A stretch of 62,576 nucleotides of DNA, the filler included, from Candidatus Nanoarchaeia archaeon (GTDB lineage: Archaea > Nanobdellota > Nanobdellia > Woesearchaeales > DATDTY01): the NCBI GenBank assembly GCA_035290625.1. It is 6 parts of 6 records of this genome, joined end to end, with 100 filler letters (N's around TTAATTAATTAA, not from the genome) between each part and the next. Parts side by side here need not be neighbours in the genome. Positions count along the whole stretch, not along the records: positions 51,250 to 62,576 come from DATDTY010000069.1; 5 more parts are not named here. The stretch is one strand, 5' to 3'. The position numbers and the translations under genes were made by a program. Positions 52,721-62,498 of the stretch are shown here, piece by piece. The notes below the pieces were generated by a model. The model ran no database searches. It was not told the origin of the DNA and saw nothing but the letters and a program-made list of their open reading frames with translations. The first letter of the stretch is position 1. Each line of letters opens with the position of its first letter.

Positions 52721-54577
52721 ATGGATACACTTGACACACAAAGCCGGAAAAAGCTTGAGGCCCTTAATAATCCTCACGCAGTTAAAATCGTTGAGGACTA
52801 CATCAGCCTATGCAAGCCCAGCAAAGTGGCTGTTCTCACAGACTCTGCAGAAGATCTTGCGTACATAAGAAAGAAAGCTTTGGAGACCCAGGAGGAAGAT
52901 TCTCTTAGGATCCGCGGCCATACTGTGCATTTTGACGGAATCCAGGATCAGGGAAGGGATCTGGTGAACACAAGGGTGCTGCTTCCCAAGGGAAAGCAGC
53001 TCAGCAAGTCTATTGAGACCCTTGAGCGCGATACAGGATTGAAAGAGGTTATGCGCCTCCTCGATGGAATCATGAAAGGCAAGGAGATGTTCGTCAAGTT
53101 CTACTGCCTTGGCCCGGTAAATTCGCAATTCTCAATCCCGGCGCTTCAGATTACAGACTCTGCTTATGTGGTTCACGCAGAAGATATTTTATACCGCCAG
53201 GGATATGGCCAGTTCAAGAATCTGAATGGCTCAAGCAGCTTCTTTCATTTTGTGCACGCTGCTGGTGAACTTGATGATCGAAAGGTCTCAAAGAATGTGG
53301 GCCAGCGCAGGGTCTATATGGACCTGGAAGAGGAGCGTGTGTTTGCCATTAACACCCAGTATGCAGGGAACAGCGTAGGCCTTAAGAAGCTGGCGCTCCG
53401 GCTGGCGATCAGCAAGGCAAATAAGGAGGATTGGCTCTGCGAGCACATGTTCCTGATGGGCGTGCATCCTCCAGGGAAAAAAAGGGTTACCTATTTCACA
53501 GGGGCATATCCGACTGCCTGCGGCAAGACCAGCACAGCCATGGTCCCGGGCCAGAGCATTATAGGAGATGACATTGCCTATATCCGGCCGGACGAATCAG
53601 GAAGAGCAACGGCAGTCAATGTGGAGCAGGGAATCTTTGGGATTATCGCAGACATTAATCCTACGGATGATCCCCTGATCTACGCTGCATTGACAACCCC
53701 GCGTGAGCTGATTTTTTCAAACATCCTGATTGCTGATAAGCATCCGTATTGGTTAGGCATGGGAAAAGAGCCCCCAAATCAGGGAGTGAATTTCTCCGGG
53801 GAATGGCAAAAAGGAAAGAAGGATGCAGCAGGCAAGGAGATCTCCTTTAGCCATAAGAACGCCCGTTATACAATCAGGATCAGCGAGCTTGGAAATGCAG
53901 ACCCGCACAGAGATGCCCCTAATGGAGTGCCTGTCTCTGCGTTCATCTACGGAGGAAGGGATACCGACACCTCTGTTCCGGTGCTGCAGAGCCTGAGCTG
54001 GCCCCACGGAGTGTTTATAGGAGCCTGCCTGGAATCCGAGACAGCTGCAGGAACATCTGAGAAAGAAGGGACACGGAAGCACAACCCGATGTCAAACATT
54101 GAGTTTCTGACAGTTCCCCTTGGAGTATATATCAGGAATCACCTTGAATTTGGCGAGAGGCTTGATGCCCCTCCCTTAATCTTTGCGACAAATTACTTCC
54201 TCCAGAAGGATGGAAACTTCCTCAATGAGAAAACCGATAAGAAGGTCTGGCTGATGTGGATGGAGGGCAGGGTCCACGGAGAGTATGATGCCCTGGCAAC
54301 GCCTGTTGGGTTTATTCCAAAGTATGAAGATCTCCATACTCTCTTTAGGGATATCTTTAAGAAAGAGTACACGCATAAGGAGTATGAGCATCAGTTCTCG
54401 ATCCGGATTTCTAAGCTGCTTGAAAGGATCGCAAGGATTGAGGTAGCCTACGCTGAGGAGAATCTTCCGCAGCTCTTCCACCAGCATCTGGATCAGCAGA
54501 GAAAGAGGCTTCTCGAAGCCAAGAGGGAGTTTGGGGATGTAGTGCCCCCTTCATCATTCTCGGGCCAATATTCCTAG
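52721..54577 (+). CDS. pckG: Phosphoenolpyruvate carboxykinase (GTP)
   Basis: ITDS.YV, YAGNS..LKK, WL.EHM, A.P.ACGKT..AM, GDDIA, E.G.FG, N.R, YGGR. Confidence 0.94.
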   Translation: MDTLDTQSRKKLEALNNPHAVKIVEDYISLCKPSKVAVLTDSAEDLAYIRKKALETQEEDSLRIRGHTVHFDGIQDQGRDLVNTRVLLPKGKQLSKSIETLERDTGLKEVMRLLDGIMKGKEMFVKFYCLGPVNSQFSIPALQITDSAYVVHAEDILYRQGYGQFKNLNGSSSFFHFVHAAGELDDRKVSKNVGQRRVYMDLEEERVFAINTQYAGNSVGLKKLALRLAISKANKEDWLCEHMFLMGVHPPGKKRVTYFTGAYPTACGKTSTAMVPGQSIIGDDIAYIRPDESGRATAVNVEQGIFGIIADINPTDDPLIYAALTTPRELIFSNILIADKHPYWLGMGKEPPNQGVNFSGEWQKGKKDAAGKEISFSHKNARYTIRISELGNADPHRDAPNGVPVSAFIYGGRDTDTSVPVLQSLSWPHGVFIGACLESETAAGTSEKEGTRKHNPMSNIEFLTVPLGVYIRNHLEFGERLDAPPLIFATNYFLQKDGNFLNEKTDKKVWLMWMEGRVHGEYDALATPVGFIPKYEDLHTLFRDIFKKEYTHKEYEHQFSIRISKLLERIARIEVAYAEENLPQLFHQHLDQQRKRLLEAKREFGDVVPPSSFSGQYS

Positions 54578-54626
54578 ATGCAAACCGATAGATTTTGAAC
54601 GCTGCCCAATTCTATCCATTTCTAGG

Positions 54627-55163
54627 CTACACATGCACCTTTGTGATGAGGTCAGCCTTTGTGATGACTCCCTGAACCCTGCCTTTTTCCATCACAATAA
54701 TCAGGGGATAATATCTGAGCAGATGTGAGAATGCGCTGACTCCTGCTGATGCAGGAACCAGAGGAGGGCAATCGCTCATAACCTCACGCACAGTTTTTCC
54801 TTTGCCTGTAAGAAGGCTGTCAAGAATTATGGATTCAGATATGATCCCAACTGGCTTCTCATGCTCTGTCACGACAAGCTGCGATATTCCATATCTCTTC
54901 ATCTTGTTTGTTGCAGCCTTGATCGGGCTTTCAGGATCGATTGCAACCACCTTCCTGTTCATAACGTCTTGCGCCTTAAGCTCCTTTCTGTTCTGAATGG
55001 AACTCAGGCTCTCAAAGATTTTCTTTGCATTCGAGTATGTCGGATCGATCTTGCCGGACTCAATCTTGGCGATGAGGCTCTGGCTGACCCCTGCCAGCTT
55101 GGCCAGCCCTGTCTGGGTAAGTTCAAACTTCCTTCTCAGCTGTTTGATGTCGTGGAGCTCCAT
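54627..55163 (-). CDS. HTH-CBS transcriptional regulator
   Basis: LTQ..LA..AGVSQSLIAKIESG.IDP plus a CBS pair. Confidence 0.92.
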   Translation of the reverse strand: MELHDIKQLRRKFELTQTGLAKLAGVSQSLIAKIESGKIDPTYSNAKKIFESLSSIQNRKELKAQDVMNRKVVAIDPESPIKAATNKMKRYGISQLVVTEHEKPVGIISESIILDSLLTGKGKTVREVMSDCPPLVPASAGVSAFSHLLRYYPLIIVMEKGRVQGVITKADLITKVHV

Positions 55164-55235
55164 ACGGATTAGGTGAATGGAGGGGATATATATTGATTAC
55201 TGTTTTTTCATCGTAAAAATTCTTATTGGAATATT

Positions 55236-55401
55236 GGCTCCGGTGAAAATCAATGCTGCCGCCCTTTGTGAGCAACAGGGCAAGAACAATAACCTCGACC
55301 TCGGGGGGATGCCCCTTACGGGGCGAATGTCGATTTGGTGAAGGATTTTTCAGCCATTGCGAACTCCGCGGCAGCTGCGAAGCAAGATTTTCACCGGAGC
55401 C
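55236..55401 (+). repeat. Structured dispersed element, copy F
   Basis: Perfect 16-bp IR ggctccggtgaaaatc/gattttcaccggagcc flanked by ggaatat(t/g) direct repeat. Confidence 0.88.
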
Positions 55402-55461
55402 GGAATATGAAAAGAACAGTGAAACACACCCTGGAGCAAGCCCTGGAAGATCGGATCCCAG

Positions 55462-56403
55462 TCAACTCACTGCGCCGACTCCAGCCCGAAATGCGGCAAA
55501 CATGGCAAGGCAGGCACCAGCAATGAATGGAAAATAGAGCAGCCCTGACAGGACTTTTCCTTCCTTGATGACCCCGATCAGGGATGCAGAAAGAAGGGAG
55601 GTAACGACAAGCAGGATGACAGATGCCATTGTAAGGAATTCAGGAGTGATGGCTATGCTTCCAAATATGTCGCTTCGCTGCTGCATATCCGCCATGATCC
55701 CTACAAAGCGGATGGAAACTGCCAAGAGCATCGGTGCTCCTACAATGACGGTGAAGAGGATGAACATAGTATAGGTCTTTGTTGTTGTCACCAAATCCTT
55801 TTTGAGCATCTGCAGCTCAGAGAGGTCCTGGCTAAGATTCTCCAGGAGATCAGCAAGATGGGCTCCAGATCGCATTGCCGTAGTGAAGAGCCGCAGCGCC
55901 CGGTCAAGCATTTCAGACTTCACATGATTCCTGATGCTCAGCAGGCTTTCCTCAAAGGACTCAGTTCCAAGGCTGCGCTCTATCGCCTGTTCAATCTCCT
56001 CTTTTAGTATTCCAAACTCGGTTCTGTTGGAAGCTCGCAGCGCCTGGAATGGTGTCATTCCGGAGCGGAGGTTTGATGCAATCATTTGTATGCAATCCGG
56101 CAAAACACGCTCAACCTGTTTCCTTCGTGATTCTATCTTAAAATAGAGCAGGAGATACGCCATGAACTGGGCAAATAGAAACACGAAAGCAGCAGCGATA
56201 CCTGCATACGGCTGATGCAGAAGGCGAACAATGGCGAATGCCGCAAGCCCTGCAGCCAAGGCCGTAGTTATCCATCCTCCAAGATACTGCTCAGGCGATG
56301 TCGCTTTGCCTGCATAGCGAAGCTTCGTTGCAGTTGCCTTTCTGATGCCTTCAGGGATCATGCCGCCTAAACTCCGGTAGAATCTTATACTGTATCCTTT
56401 CAT
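55462..56403 (-). CDS. Type IV pilus/T2SS F (TadC/FlaJ-like) membrane platform
   Basis: LPD...MASN.RSG, FG.L..E, SG..LA.LL and multiple TMs. Confidence 0.88.
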   Translation of the reverse strand: MKGYSIRFYRSLGGMIPEGIRKATATKLRYAGKATSPEQYLGGWITTALAAGLAAFAIVRLLHQPYAGIAAAFVFLFAQFMAYLLLYFKIESRRKQVERVLPDCIQMIASNLRSGMTPFQALRASNRTEFGILKEEIEQAIERSLGTESFEESLLSIRNHVKSEMLDRALRLFTTAMRSGAHLADLLENLSQDLSELQMLKKDLVTTTKTYTMFILFTVIVGAPMLLAVSIRFVGIMADMQQRSDIFGSIAITPEFLTMASVILLVVTSLLSASLIGVIKEGKVLSGLLYFPFIAGACLAMFAAFRAGVGAVS

Positions 56404-57236
56404 ATCGTTACTACAGGCCTCCGTGACTTGACAAAACCGATCAGGACAATCTGGATGATGAATGTGGCTGCAAGGAAAACAATGAATGCCGATTCTGACA
56501 TTCCATAGCCGGCAAATCCTGAAAGGATAACGAGCAGCGTCGCTCCAATGCTTGGAATTGCAACTGCAAAGAGCATATACAGCAGAGACCAGAGGCTTAA
56601 TTCCCTTCCATAATCCTGTATTTTCCTTTTTTGGTCCTGGGTGAGCTCTTTAATAATCGATTTCAGGGATCCCTCAATGCTCGCCCCGGCTTTGATCGTG
56701 CTCACAAGCTGCCAGATGGTCTTTCTCAGAAACGCTGACCTTGACTGGGCTCCCTGCTTCTCGAGCGCCTTTTCAAGAGGCAGGCCTGCGTTAACATGCC
56801 GAGTGATTGCTTCAAACTCTTTTGAGGCCTGGCCATAGCCAGACTGGCTGATATTTTGTACTGCTGTGAAGAGCGGAATTCCAGAACTGACCTGCAATGT
56901 GAGGTCCTTCAGGCCGAAGATAAGGTGCTTTTCAATCTGCTCAGCCTTCTTGCCCGCCTGGATCTTGGGGGAGATCAGCATTGCCGCAAGCAATACAGCG
57001 GAAATGATCAATGCAAAACCGGCAAGCTGCAACAGGGGCTTTTTTGTCGGCAAGAATATGAGGAAAAAAAGAAGGCCATAGAGTGCGCCATGCAGCAGGC
57101 TAGACGCGAGAAACTCAACCTCATCACCCTCTACATCTTCCCTGAAATACGGGATGAGCTGGCTCATCTTCGCGGCAAGCGGCCTGAAGGGCTTTGAAAG
57201 GCTAGCATCAATCTTTTTTGGAAGAATGAACATCAT
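56400..57236 (-). CDS. Type IV pilus/T2SS F membrane platform
   Basis: SG.PL, YG..S.EF, G...E.AL and multiple TMs. Confidence 0.88.
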   Translation of the reverse strand: MMFILPKKIDASLSKPFRPLAAKMSQLIPYFREDVEGDEVEFLASSLLHGALYGLLFFLIFLPTKKPLLQLAGFALIISAVLLAAMLISPKIQAGKKAEQIEKHLIFGLKDLTLQVSSGIPLFTAVQNISQSGYGQASKEFEAITRHVNAGLPLEKALEKQGAQSRSAFLRKTIWQLVSTIKAGASIEGSLKSIIKELTQDQKRKIQDYGRELSLWSLLYMLFAVAIPSIGATLLVILSGFAGYGMSESAFIVFLAATFIIQIVLIGFVKSRRPVVTI

Positions 57237-58699
57237 AGGATATCCTTGATTTTCTTTTTCTTCTCTGCTGCCTGGTATATGCTCAGCGGATCCTTGTAAT
57301 AGATGCGCATAAGCCTTCCGACATCATCGATCTCCTTGACATTGTTGGCAGCCATCCACTGGAGAATGACTTGTTTCTGTCTTCGGTCTTCTTCAATCTC
57401 TTTTGGCGTCATCCCGGTATGGAGGTTCAGCTCCTCCTGGATCCTGATGCTCTCATTCACCTTCTCAAAGGAATCGCCCCTGGCGCGCCATCTGTAGAGG
57501 TGGTTAAGCTCGATCTTGCCCTCATTCCCCAGGACCTCCGCGACTTCAAGTACTCTCCTCACCCCTTTCCTCCTGTCACGGTATTGCACGACAACAAGGT
57601 GGAGCGCTTCAAGCTCTGCTGAAGGGATAGCCATAGGGGGCTCAGTCAGCCTGCGCCTGACCTGCTCTGCAGTGTCTGCATGCATTGTAGCATAGACGCT
57701 ATGGCCGGTGTGCATTGCCTCAAACAGCGACTCTGCCTGGCGCTTTCTGCGTATCTCTCCCACAATAATCCTGTCAGGCCTCATCCTCAGAGACGCAACC
57801 ATCAGGTCCAGCATCGTCACCTCTCCCATCCCTTCAGGGTTCCTGTTCCTGCTGGAGAGGGGAATCCAGTTCCAAACCAGCTCATTTGGAAGCCTGATCT
57901 CCCGGGTGTCCTCAATGCTGATAATCCTCTGGGACGCAGGCAGGAAACTGCAGATGGAGTTAAGCATCGAGGTCTTGCCAGATGCAGTTCCGCCTGCAAT
58001 CAGGATATTCAGCTCATACTGCATCGCCTGCCAAAGCAGGCTGGCAATCTCTGGAGAAAGCGTCTTTGCCTCTATGAAGTGGACAGGGGTCCAGGGGTTC
58101 CTCGCAAACCTCCGTATTGTAATTGTGTTTTCCTGTGAAACAGGGAAGAGTGTTGCAGCAACCCGGTCGCCTGTTTCGAGATGCGCATCCATGATAGGCT
58201 GAAGGGAATTGATCTCTCTGCCTGCTTTTCTTCCGATCTGGCTGGCAATATTGTATATTTCCTCTTCTGAACCAAATGTCTTGGTTGTCTTGCACCAGCC
58301 GTACTTCTTATGGTAGACAGAGATCGGCTGCTTTGAGCCATTGATGCTGATCTCCTCAAGCCAGTTATCTTTCATCAGGATCTCAAGGAACCCGAGCCCG
58401 AGCATCCTGTGCAGAAGCATTCCTGCCAGAATCTTGATCTCTGATTCCTTCTGGCCAGGAAGCCTCCTTGTAAGTGCTTCCATAGCTTCCTTCAGAAACG
58501 TCTCCTTTTGCATGCTGCCCATCAGCGGAATCTTTGGGCTAAGCTCCTCAGAAAGGTGGTTAAGCAGCGCCTCAGTCCCCTTGTCAAGCTCAGGCATGAT
58601 GATCTCGTACTGCGGGACAAGCTGGAGGCTTACAGAGACGATGCTGATAGTTGCAGGCACAGAATCTGCCGTTACTTTGTAGGTTTCGAGGATTGCCAT
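57233..58699 (-). CDS. Type IV pilus assembly ATPase (CpaF/VirB11 family)
   Basis: GGTASGKTS, SIEDTRE, LRMRPDRIIVGE.R, TGH...T.HA. Confidence 0.95.
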   Translation of the reverse strand: MAILETYKVTADSVPATISIVSVSLQLVPQYEIIMPELDKGTEALLNHLSEELSPKIPLMGSMQKETFLKEAMEALTRRLPGQKESEIKILAGMLLHRMLGLGFLEILMKDNWLEEISINGSKQPISVYHKKYGWCKTTKTFGSEEEIYNIASQIGRKAGREINSLQPIMDAHLETGDRVAATLFPVSQENTITIRRFARNPWTPVHFIEAKTLSPEIASLLWQAMQYELNILIAGGTASGKTSMLNSICSFLPASQRIISIEDTREIRLPNELVWNWIPLSSRNRNPEGMGEVTMLDLMVASLRMRPDRIIVGEIRRKRQAESLFEAMHTGHSVYATMHADTAEQVRRRLTEPPMAIPSAELEALHLVVVQYRDRRKGVRRVLEVAEVLGNEGKIELNHLYRWRARGDSFEKVNESIRIQEELNLHTGMTPKEIEEDRRQKQVILQWMAANNVKEIDDVGRLMRIYYKDPLSIYQAAEKKKKIKDIL

Positions 58700-58706
58700 G
58701 GTGCGT

Positions 58707-59144
58707 TTACTTGCCCCGCCTTATGGTTGCGCCAAATGGAGAATAGCTGATATCAATGAGGCCCTGCTCCTTGAGGACTCCAAGCGCTGCATCGAGCTGC
58801 TCGGCCTGCAGCCCAGTCTTCTCCGAAAGCTCTTTTTCTTGCGCTGGCTTTGTTCGAATTGCCTCTAAAATACTGTCATAGACAGTCATGATCTGGTTTG
58901 GAGACAGCGGCTTAGCCGGAATCCGAGATTCTGGCCGCTCTTTCTGGATTACCATTTCTGCTGTATTGTCACCATAATGTATAAGGACGTAATGCAGGAA
59001 ATAGAGAGAGAAGAAGGAAACTGCCAATCCCAGGCCAAGGACAAGCCATTGCTCCCCAAGAAACCCGTAGACGAACGATATCATGCCTACAGCAAAAATG
59101 GCATTGGCAACAGCCTTGAGCGCCTGAATCCTTGAAATAAGCAT
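58707..59144 (-). CDS. Membrane protein with C-terminal winged helix
   Basis: Two N-terminal TMs; EL...TG.....L...L..L...GLI. Confidence 0.65.
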   Translation of the reverse strand: MLISRIQALKAVANAIFAVGMISFVYGFLGEQWLVLGLGLAVSFFSLYFLHYVLIHYGDNTAEMVIQKERPESRIPAKPLSPNQIMTVYDSILEAIRTKPAQEKELSEKTGLQAEQLDAALGVLKEQGLIDISYSPFGATIRRGK

Positions 59145-59216
59145 CACCCCTCGCACTCTCCCTAGGTTTCAGGTTTAAAAGCGTTTCGATTGTGTTGAGT
59201 AAAGTTATTACCTTCC

Positions 59217-59371
59217 GCTTTTTGCAAAGGGAAGGGTGCCGCCAATTTTGCGAGACTCAATCACGCAAAGATGAGCAGCGGAAGGGGACGCTCCCTCGGG
59301 AAGGTGCCGCGCTTCTCTGAAAACATCCAGAGACGAGTCGGCGGCACCCCGACAAAGCCTTTGCAAAAAGC
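59217..59371 (+). repeat. Structured dispersed element, copy G
   Basis: IR gctttttgcaaagg/cctttgcaaaaagc; gggtgccgcc/ggcggcaccc; core like copies B and C. Confidence 0.85.
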
Positions 59372-59382
59372 ACTTGGGAAGT

Positions 59383-59649
59383 TCAGTATACAGATTGCAT
59401 GGCTCGGGTGAAAATGAGGCCAGACTTGCGAGGCTCAAGCGGCAGCCCACTTATTGCCTCATATCCACCTATCGCTGAACTGAAAGTCAAATACATCAGC
59501 AGACTTCTGGGTGATATATTGAATTTGCCGCTCAAAGAGCTTCCGGATTGTTTCAAGACTGACGTCATTTGGGTCCATGGTGTTGCCTCCTGAGTGCTGG
59601 AACCTTTGAGCTCCAGCGACTCAATGCTGCTTATTAGGAAGAACTTCAT
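59383..59649 (-). CDS. Hypothetical protein
   Basis: 88 aa with a GGAGG RBS. Confidence 0.45.
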   Translation of the reverse strand: MKFFLISSIESLELKGSSTQEATPWTQMTSVLKQSGSSLSGKFNISPRSLLMYLTFSSAIGGYEAISGLPLEPRKSGLIFTRAMQSVY

Positions 59650-59882
59650 TTAAATAGCTCCTCCGAGGTTGTCCAGTGGGGAGTGCAGCTTAATCCACTT
59701 TGGTAAAGAAGATTGCACAGGTTAAATCCGGGATTGGCTAATCTGCCGCAGCCTGCGCCAGAGTCCTGCCGATTCAGAAGGCTCGGTACATGATATCCTA
59801 TTCTATATACCCTATATATTTTATATATTTTATTAGGGAAATGTATATAAATCGTACTTTAACTCTACTTAAGAGTAATAAA

Positions 59883-60041
59883 ATGGTAAAACTATCCACA
59901 ATAACCACCCACGAGGATGCCGTAGATCTGGCGAGGGTTTACTGTATCATGAATAAGGTGACCATGAAGGATTTTGTTGCAGATGTGCTGAAAAAAGAGC
60001 TGAAGGAATTTAAGGAATCACTGAAGAAATTTTCTTATTAG
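59883..60041 (+). CDS. Small ribbon-helix-helix-like protein
   Basis: 52 aa, beta-alpha-alpha pattern, TATA upstream. Confidence 0.55.
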   Translation: MVKLSTITTHEDAVDLARVYCIMNKVTMKDFVADVLKKELKEFKESLKKFSY

Positions 60042-60074
60042 CCCATTAAAGGCATTCTTAACTGCTTATGTTTC

Positions 60075-60620
60075 TTATGATACCATTAAACCGCCTTTTT
60101 TATAATCCCTCGGATTACCCCGAAAAAGATGGAATGCCTCCTGCGCCTCGTGATTAAGCATAATGATAGAAGGTATATCTGCGAGTTGAGAAAGGTCAAG
60201 GTCAAGGGCGGAAGGATGGTTGAGAGGTTTTTCTGCAGGGAGGTGTAGCAGTCCCATTAGGATCCTCCAAGATGAGCTGTGAAGCGGGGGGGGGAAGGCA
60301 CGGATGCTCTTGCAAGCCATGCGCCGCCTCTTCTAGGCATGATATTTATCCCTTTTCCTGTGCCCCGGAGCAAAACATCAATCACACCAAACTCAGAGGT
60401 GTAGCAGAGATAGTCAGGATATCCAATGTTTAGGTCTCCGATATTGACCTGATCCAAGATCTTTCCTTTCCTGACGATACACATATTGTTGTCAGTATTA
60501 GAAGAAAGAGAATCAACAACTAACGGAAGCCTCGCAAACGGAGGATTGTTCAGCACTTTATTCTTCACATCATCATCAACAAAGTAGACCTGCTCTGCAG
60601 AAGGCTTTGTACCTTCTTTT
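60075..60620 (-). CDS. Two TAATG-coupled hypothetical ORFs (60075-60257 and 60257-~60620; upstream one probably 5'-damaged)
   Basis: GGAGG before ATG at 60257; the upstream frame lacks an ATG. Confidence 0.35.
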
Positions 60621-60632
60621 CATGTATTTGGA

Positions 60633-60896
60633 TTAATAAGCTCTTGATCTCTTATCAATTCTTATAATTACTATAAGAGCCTGAGAAGCATCTACATAAT
60701 ACAGTATCCGATAATCTCCTGCTCTGACTCTAAATACTTTATCTTCTTTGTATTCTTCAACTCTTACGGCATCAGAAGGAAAAGGATTTTCTTTGAGTTT
60801 CTCTATTTTTCCTAACAGCCTTCTGGCCAATGTTTTATCTTTAATCTTTTCTATGAATTTGCTCGCAGGCTTTTCTAACCTGAGAGAAGAAGGCAT
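60633..60896 (-). CDS. relE: RelE/ParE family toxin
   Basis: L.ENPFP, FRVRAGDYRILY, IDKRSRAY. Confidence 0.92.
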   Translation of the reverse strand: MPSSLRLEKPASKFIEKIKDKTLARRLLGKIEKLKENPFPSDAVRVEEYKEDKVFRVRAGDYRILYYVDASQALIVIIRIDKRSRAY

Positions 60897-61103
60897 CTAT
60901 ACCCCCATTTTCTTCTTGAGATCCTCTAATGTGATCATATCTGTAAAGTCCCCTTTTCTAGCCTTCCTTATCGTTTCGTCCACTAATCCCCTTTCAGAAG
61001 GGGATAGCTTTGCATCGTCATTAAGCCAACCCTTTATCGTAAGAATCTCTTTCTTTATAAAATCCAAGTCTTCATGAATCTTCTTTAAGGTTATCGTTTC
61101 CAT
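60897..61103 (-). CDS. Antitoxin paired with RelE
   Basis: 68 aa directly upstream of relE; C-terminal LEDLKKKMG. Confidence 0.75.
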   Translation of the reverse strand: METITLKKIHEDLDFIKKEILTIKGWLNDDAKLSPSERGLVDETIRKARKGDFTDMITLEDLKKKMGV

Positions 61104-61169
61104 AGCGAACTACTAAAAGAAGCTACGGTTTATATACATTTGCTTTAAGAAGAAGCAGGTATGTGAATC

Positions 61170-61298
61170 TTACCTATACGCTTCCCAACCCTCAACACTG
61201 CTTGTCCTCAAGCTCTGGAGAAATGCCATGGTTTCTGTATCTTCGGGATTCCTAGCCTGGAAGTCTTCGATAAATACAAGAAGGTCTTGCTGGGTGGG
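61170..61298 (-). pseudogene. Orphan C-terminal gene fragment ending GWEAYR, abutting element H
   Basis: PTQQDLLVFIEDFQARNPEDTETMAFLQSLRTSSVEGWEAYR; homologous to 62068-62292. Confidence 0.5.
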
Positions 61299-61503
61299 GC
61301 TTGCTGAGAATCCCGGTTGCTGCCCTTTTGCGAGGCTCTTAAGGAGTAGTATGAGCTGAGTTGAAGGGGTCGTCCCTTACGGGGGTTCAACGATACATGC
61401 AGAGGGGCAGCACAAGCCGAGCTGCTCCGAAGGAGCGACCAAAAATGAAAAAGCATTTTTGAGTACTGACGGCAGCTGCGAAGCGGGATTTTCACAGCCG
61501 AGC
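61298..61503 (+). repeat. Structured dispersed element, copy H
   Basis: tttgcgagg, gggg..gtcccttacggg; 33-nt identity with copy B (61415-61447 vs 1793-1825). Confidence 0.8.
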
Positions 61504-61544
61504 GTTCAGTTAAATATAAATAGAGGGGCGTATCCTGGGTGCCT

Positions 61545-61748
61545 ATGGAGATAGAGGTACCTAAAGAAACATCTGTAAGAGTGAAGGAAGTATCTCGATT
61601 GTTGGGCATAAAAAAGCAGGAACTCGTAGATAGGGCTATCCTCGTTTATCTGGATTCCATAAGCAGGCATCTTGATCTGAGAAAAGAGATGAAGGCATGG
61701 GACCAATTAAGTGACGAAGCCTTATTGAATTTTGAGAAATCATTATGA
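61545..61748 (+). CDS. RHH antitoxin (MazE-position partner)
   Basis: 67 aa, ATGA-coupled to mazF. Confidence 0.75.
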   Translation: MEIEVPKETSVRVKEVSRLLGIKKQELVDRAILVYLDSISRHLDLRKEMKAWDQLSDEALLNFEKSL

Positions 61749-62071
61749 AAAAGGGAGAAATCTGGTCAGTTGAGATTCCTGCAGTAGATGGGCATGAGCA
61801 AACAGGAACCCGACCAGCAATCATTTTAGCTCAGGCAACCAATATAGCCATAATCATCCCGCTTACCTCTAATGTGCAGGCTTTGCGGTTTCCATACACT
61901 GTTGATATTAGCCCATCAAAAAAGAATGGATTGGACACAACTTCTATAGCATTGGTATTTCAGATAAGGGCCATAGATAGGAAAAGAATAAAGAGGAAAA
62001 TTGGAGTTTTGGAAGAGGGTGCTTTAAAAGATATTAATGTGATTCTTAAGAGGATGTTGGATCTGGATTAA
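61745..62071 (+). CDS. mazF: PemK/MazF family toxin
   Basis: GEIW, G.EQ.G.RPA.I, PLTS, NGL...S, QIRAID..R. Confidence 0.93.
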   Translation: MKKGEIWSVEIPAVDGHEQTGTRPAIILAQATNIAIIIPLTSNVQALRFPYTVDISPSKKNGLDTTSIALVFQIRAIDRKRIKRKIGVLEEGALKDINVILKRMLDLD

Positions 62072-62325
62072 GGATCATGCCTATACTCTTCCCACCCATT
62101 CACAGTGCTTGCGGTAAGTTTTCTCAAAGCCAGTATCTCAACTTCAGGGCTCTTCTCCTCAAATTCTGTTATGATCTCGCGAAGCCCCTGCTGGTTGATA
62201 TCTCCCTTGGAATACGCATCTGCTATGAGGAAGACATCTTTCTTGTCAAGCTCTCCGTTATTGAATACATCTGAGACAAGAGCAGCATTCTTTTACGCAG
62301 GTATTTCCTGATTTAGTTATCTCAT
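62068..62325 (-). pseudogene. Degraded gene fragment ending GWEEYRHDP
   Basis: 75 open codons (62068-62292) with in-frame stops upstream; paralogous to 61170-61298. Confidence 0.5.
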
Positions 62326-62498
62326 TAAAAAGAACAGTTTATTAACTTCAGTCGATTCCTCCAGATCATAGAAATTGCTCAGGGTAAATCATACAATTTA
62401 TATAAACTATTAGGATAAATTATTTATTATATGCCCCCTTACTCTGCTAAAGGGGGGTTAATTGGGTTAAGTTAAAACCAAAAGGAGGGCAAACCAAC

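Noticed and set aside
60286..60294. G9 tract as a phase-variable frameshift joining two ORFs
   Set aside because: The downstream ORF has its own GGAGG and TAATG-coupled start, so two genes explain it
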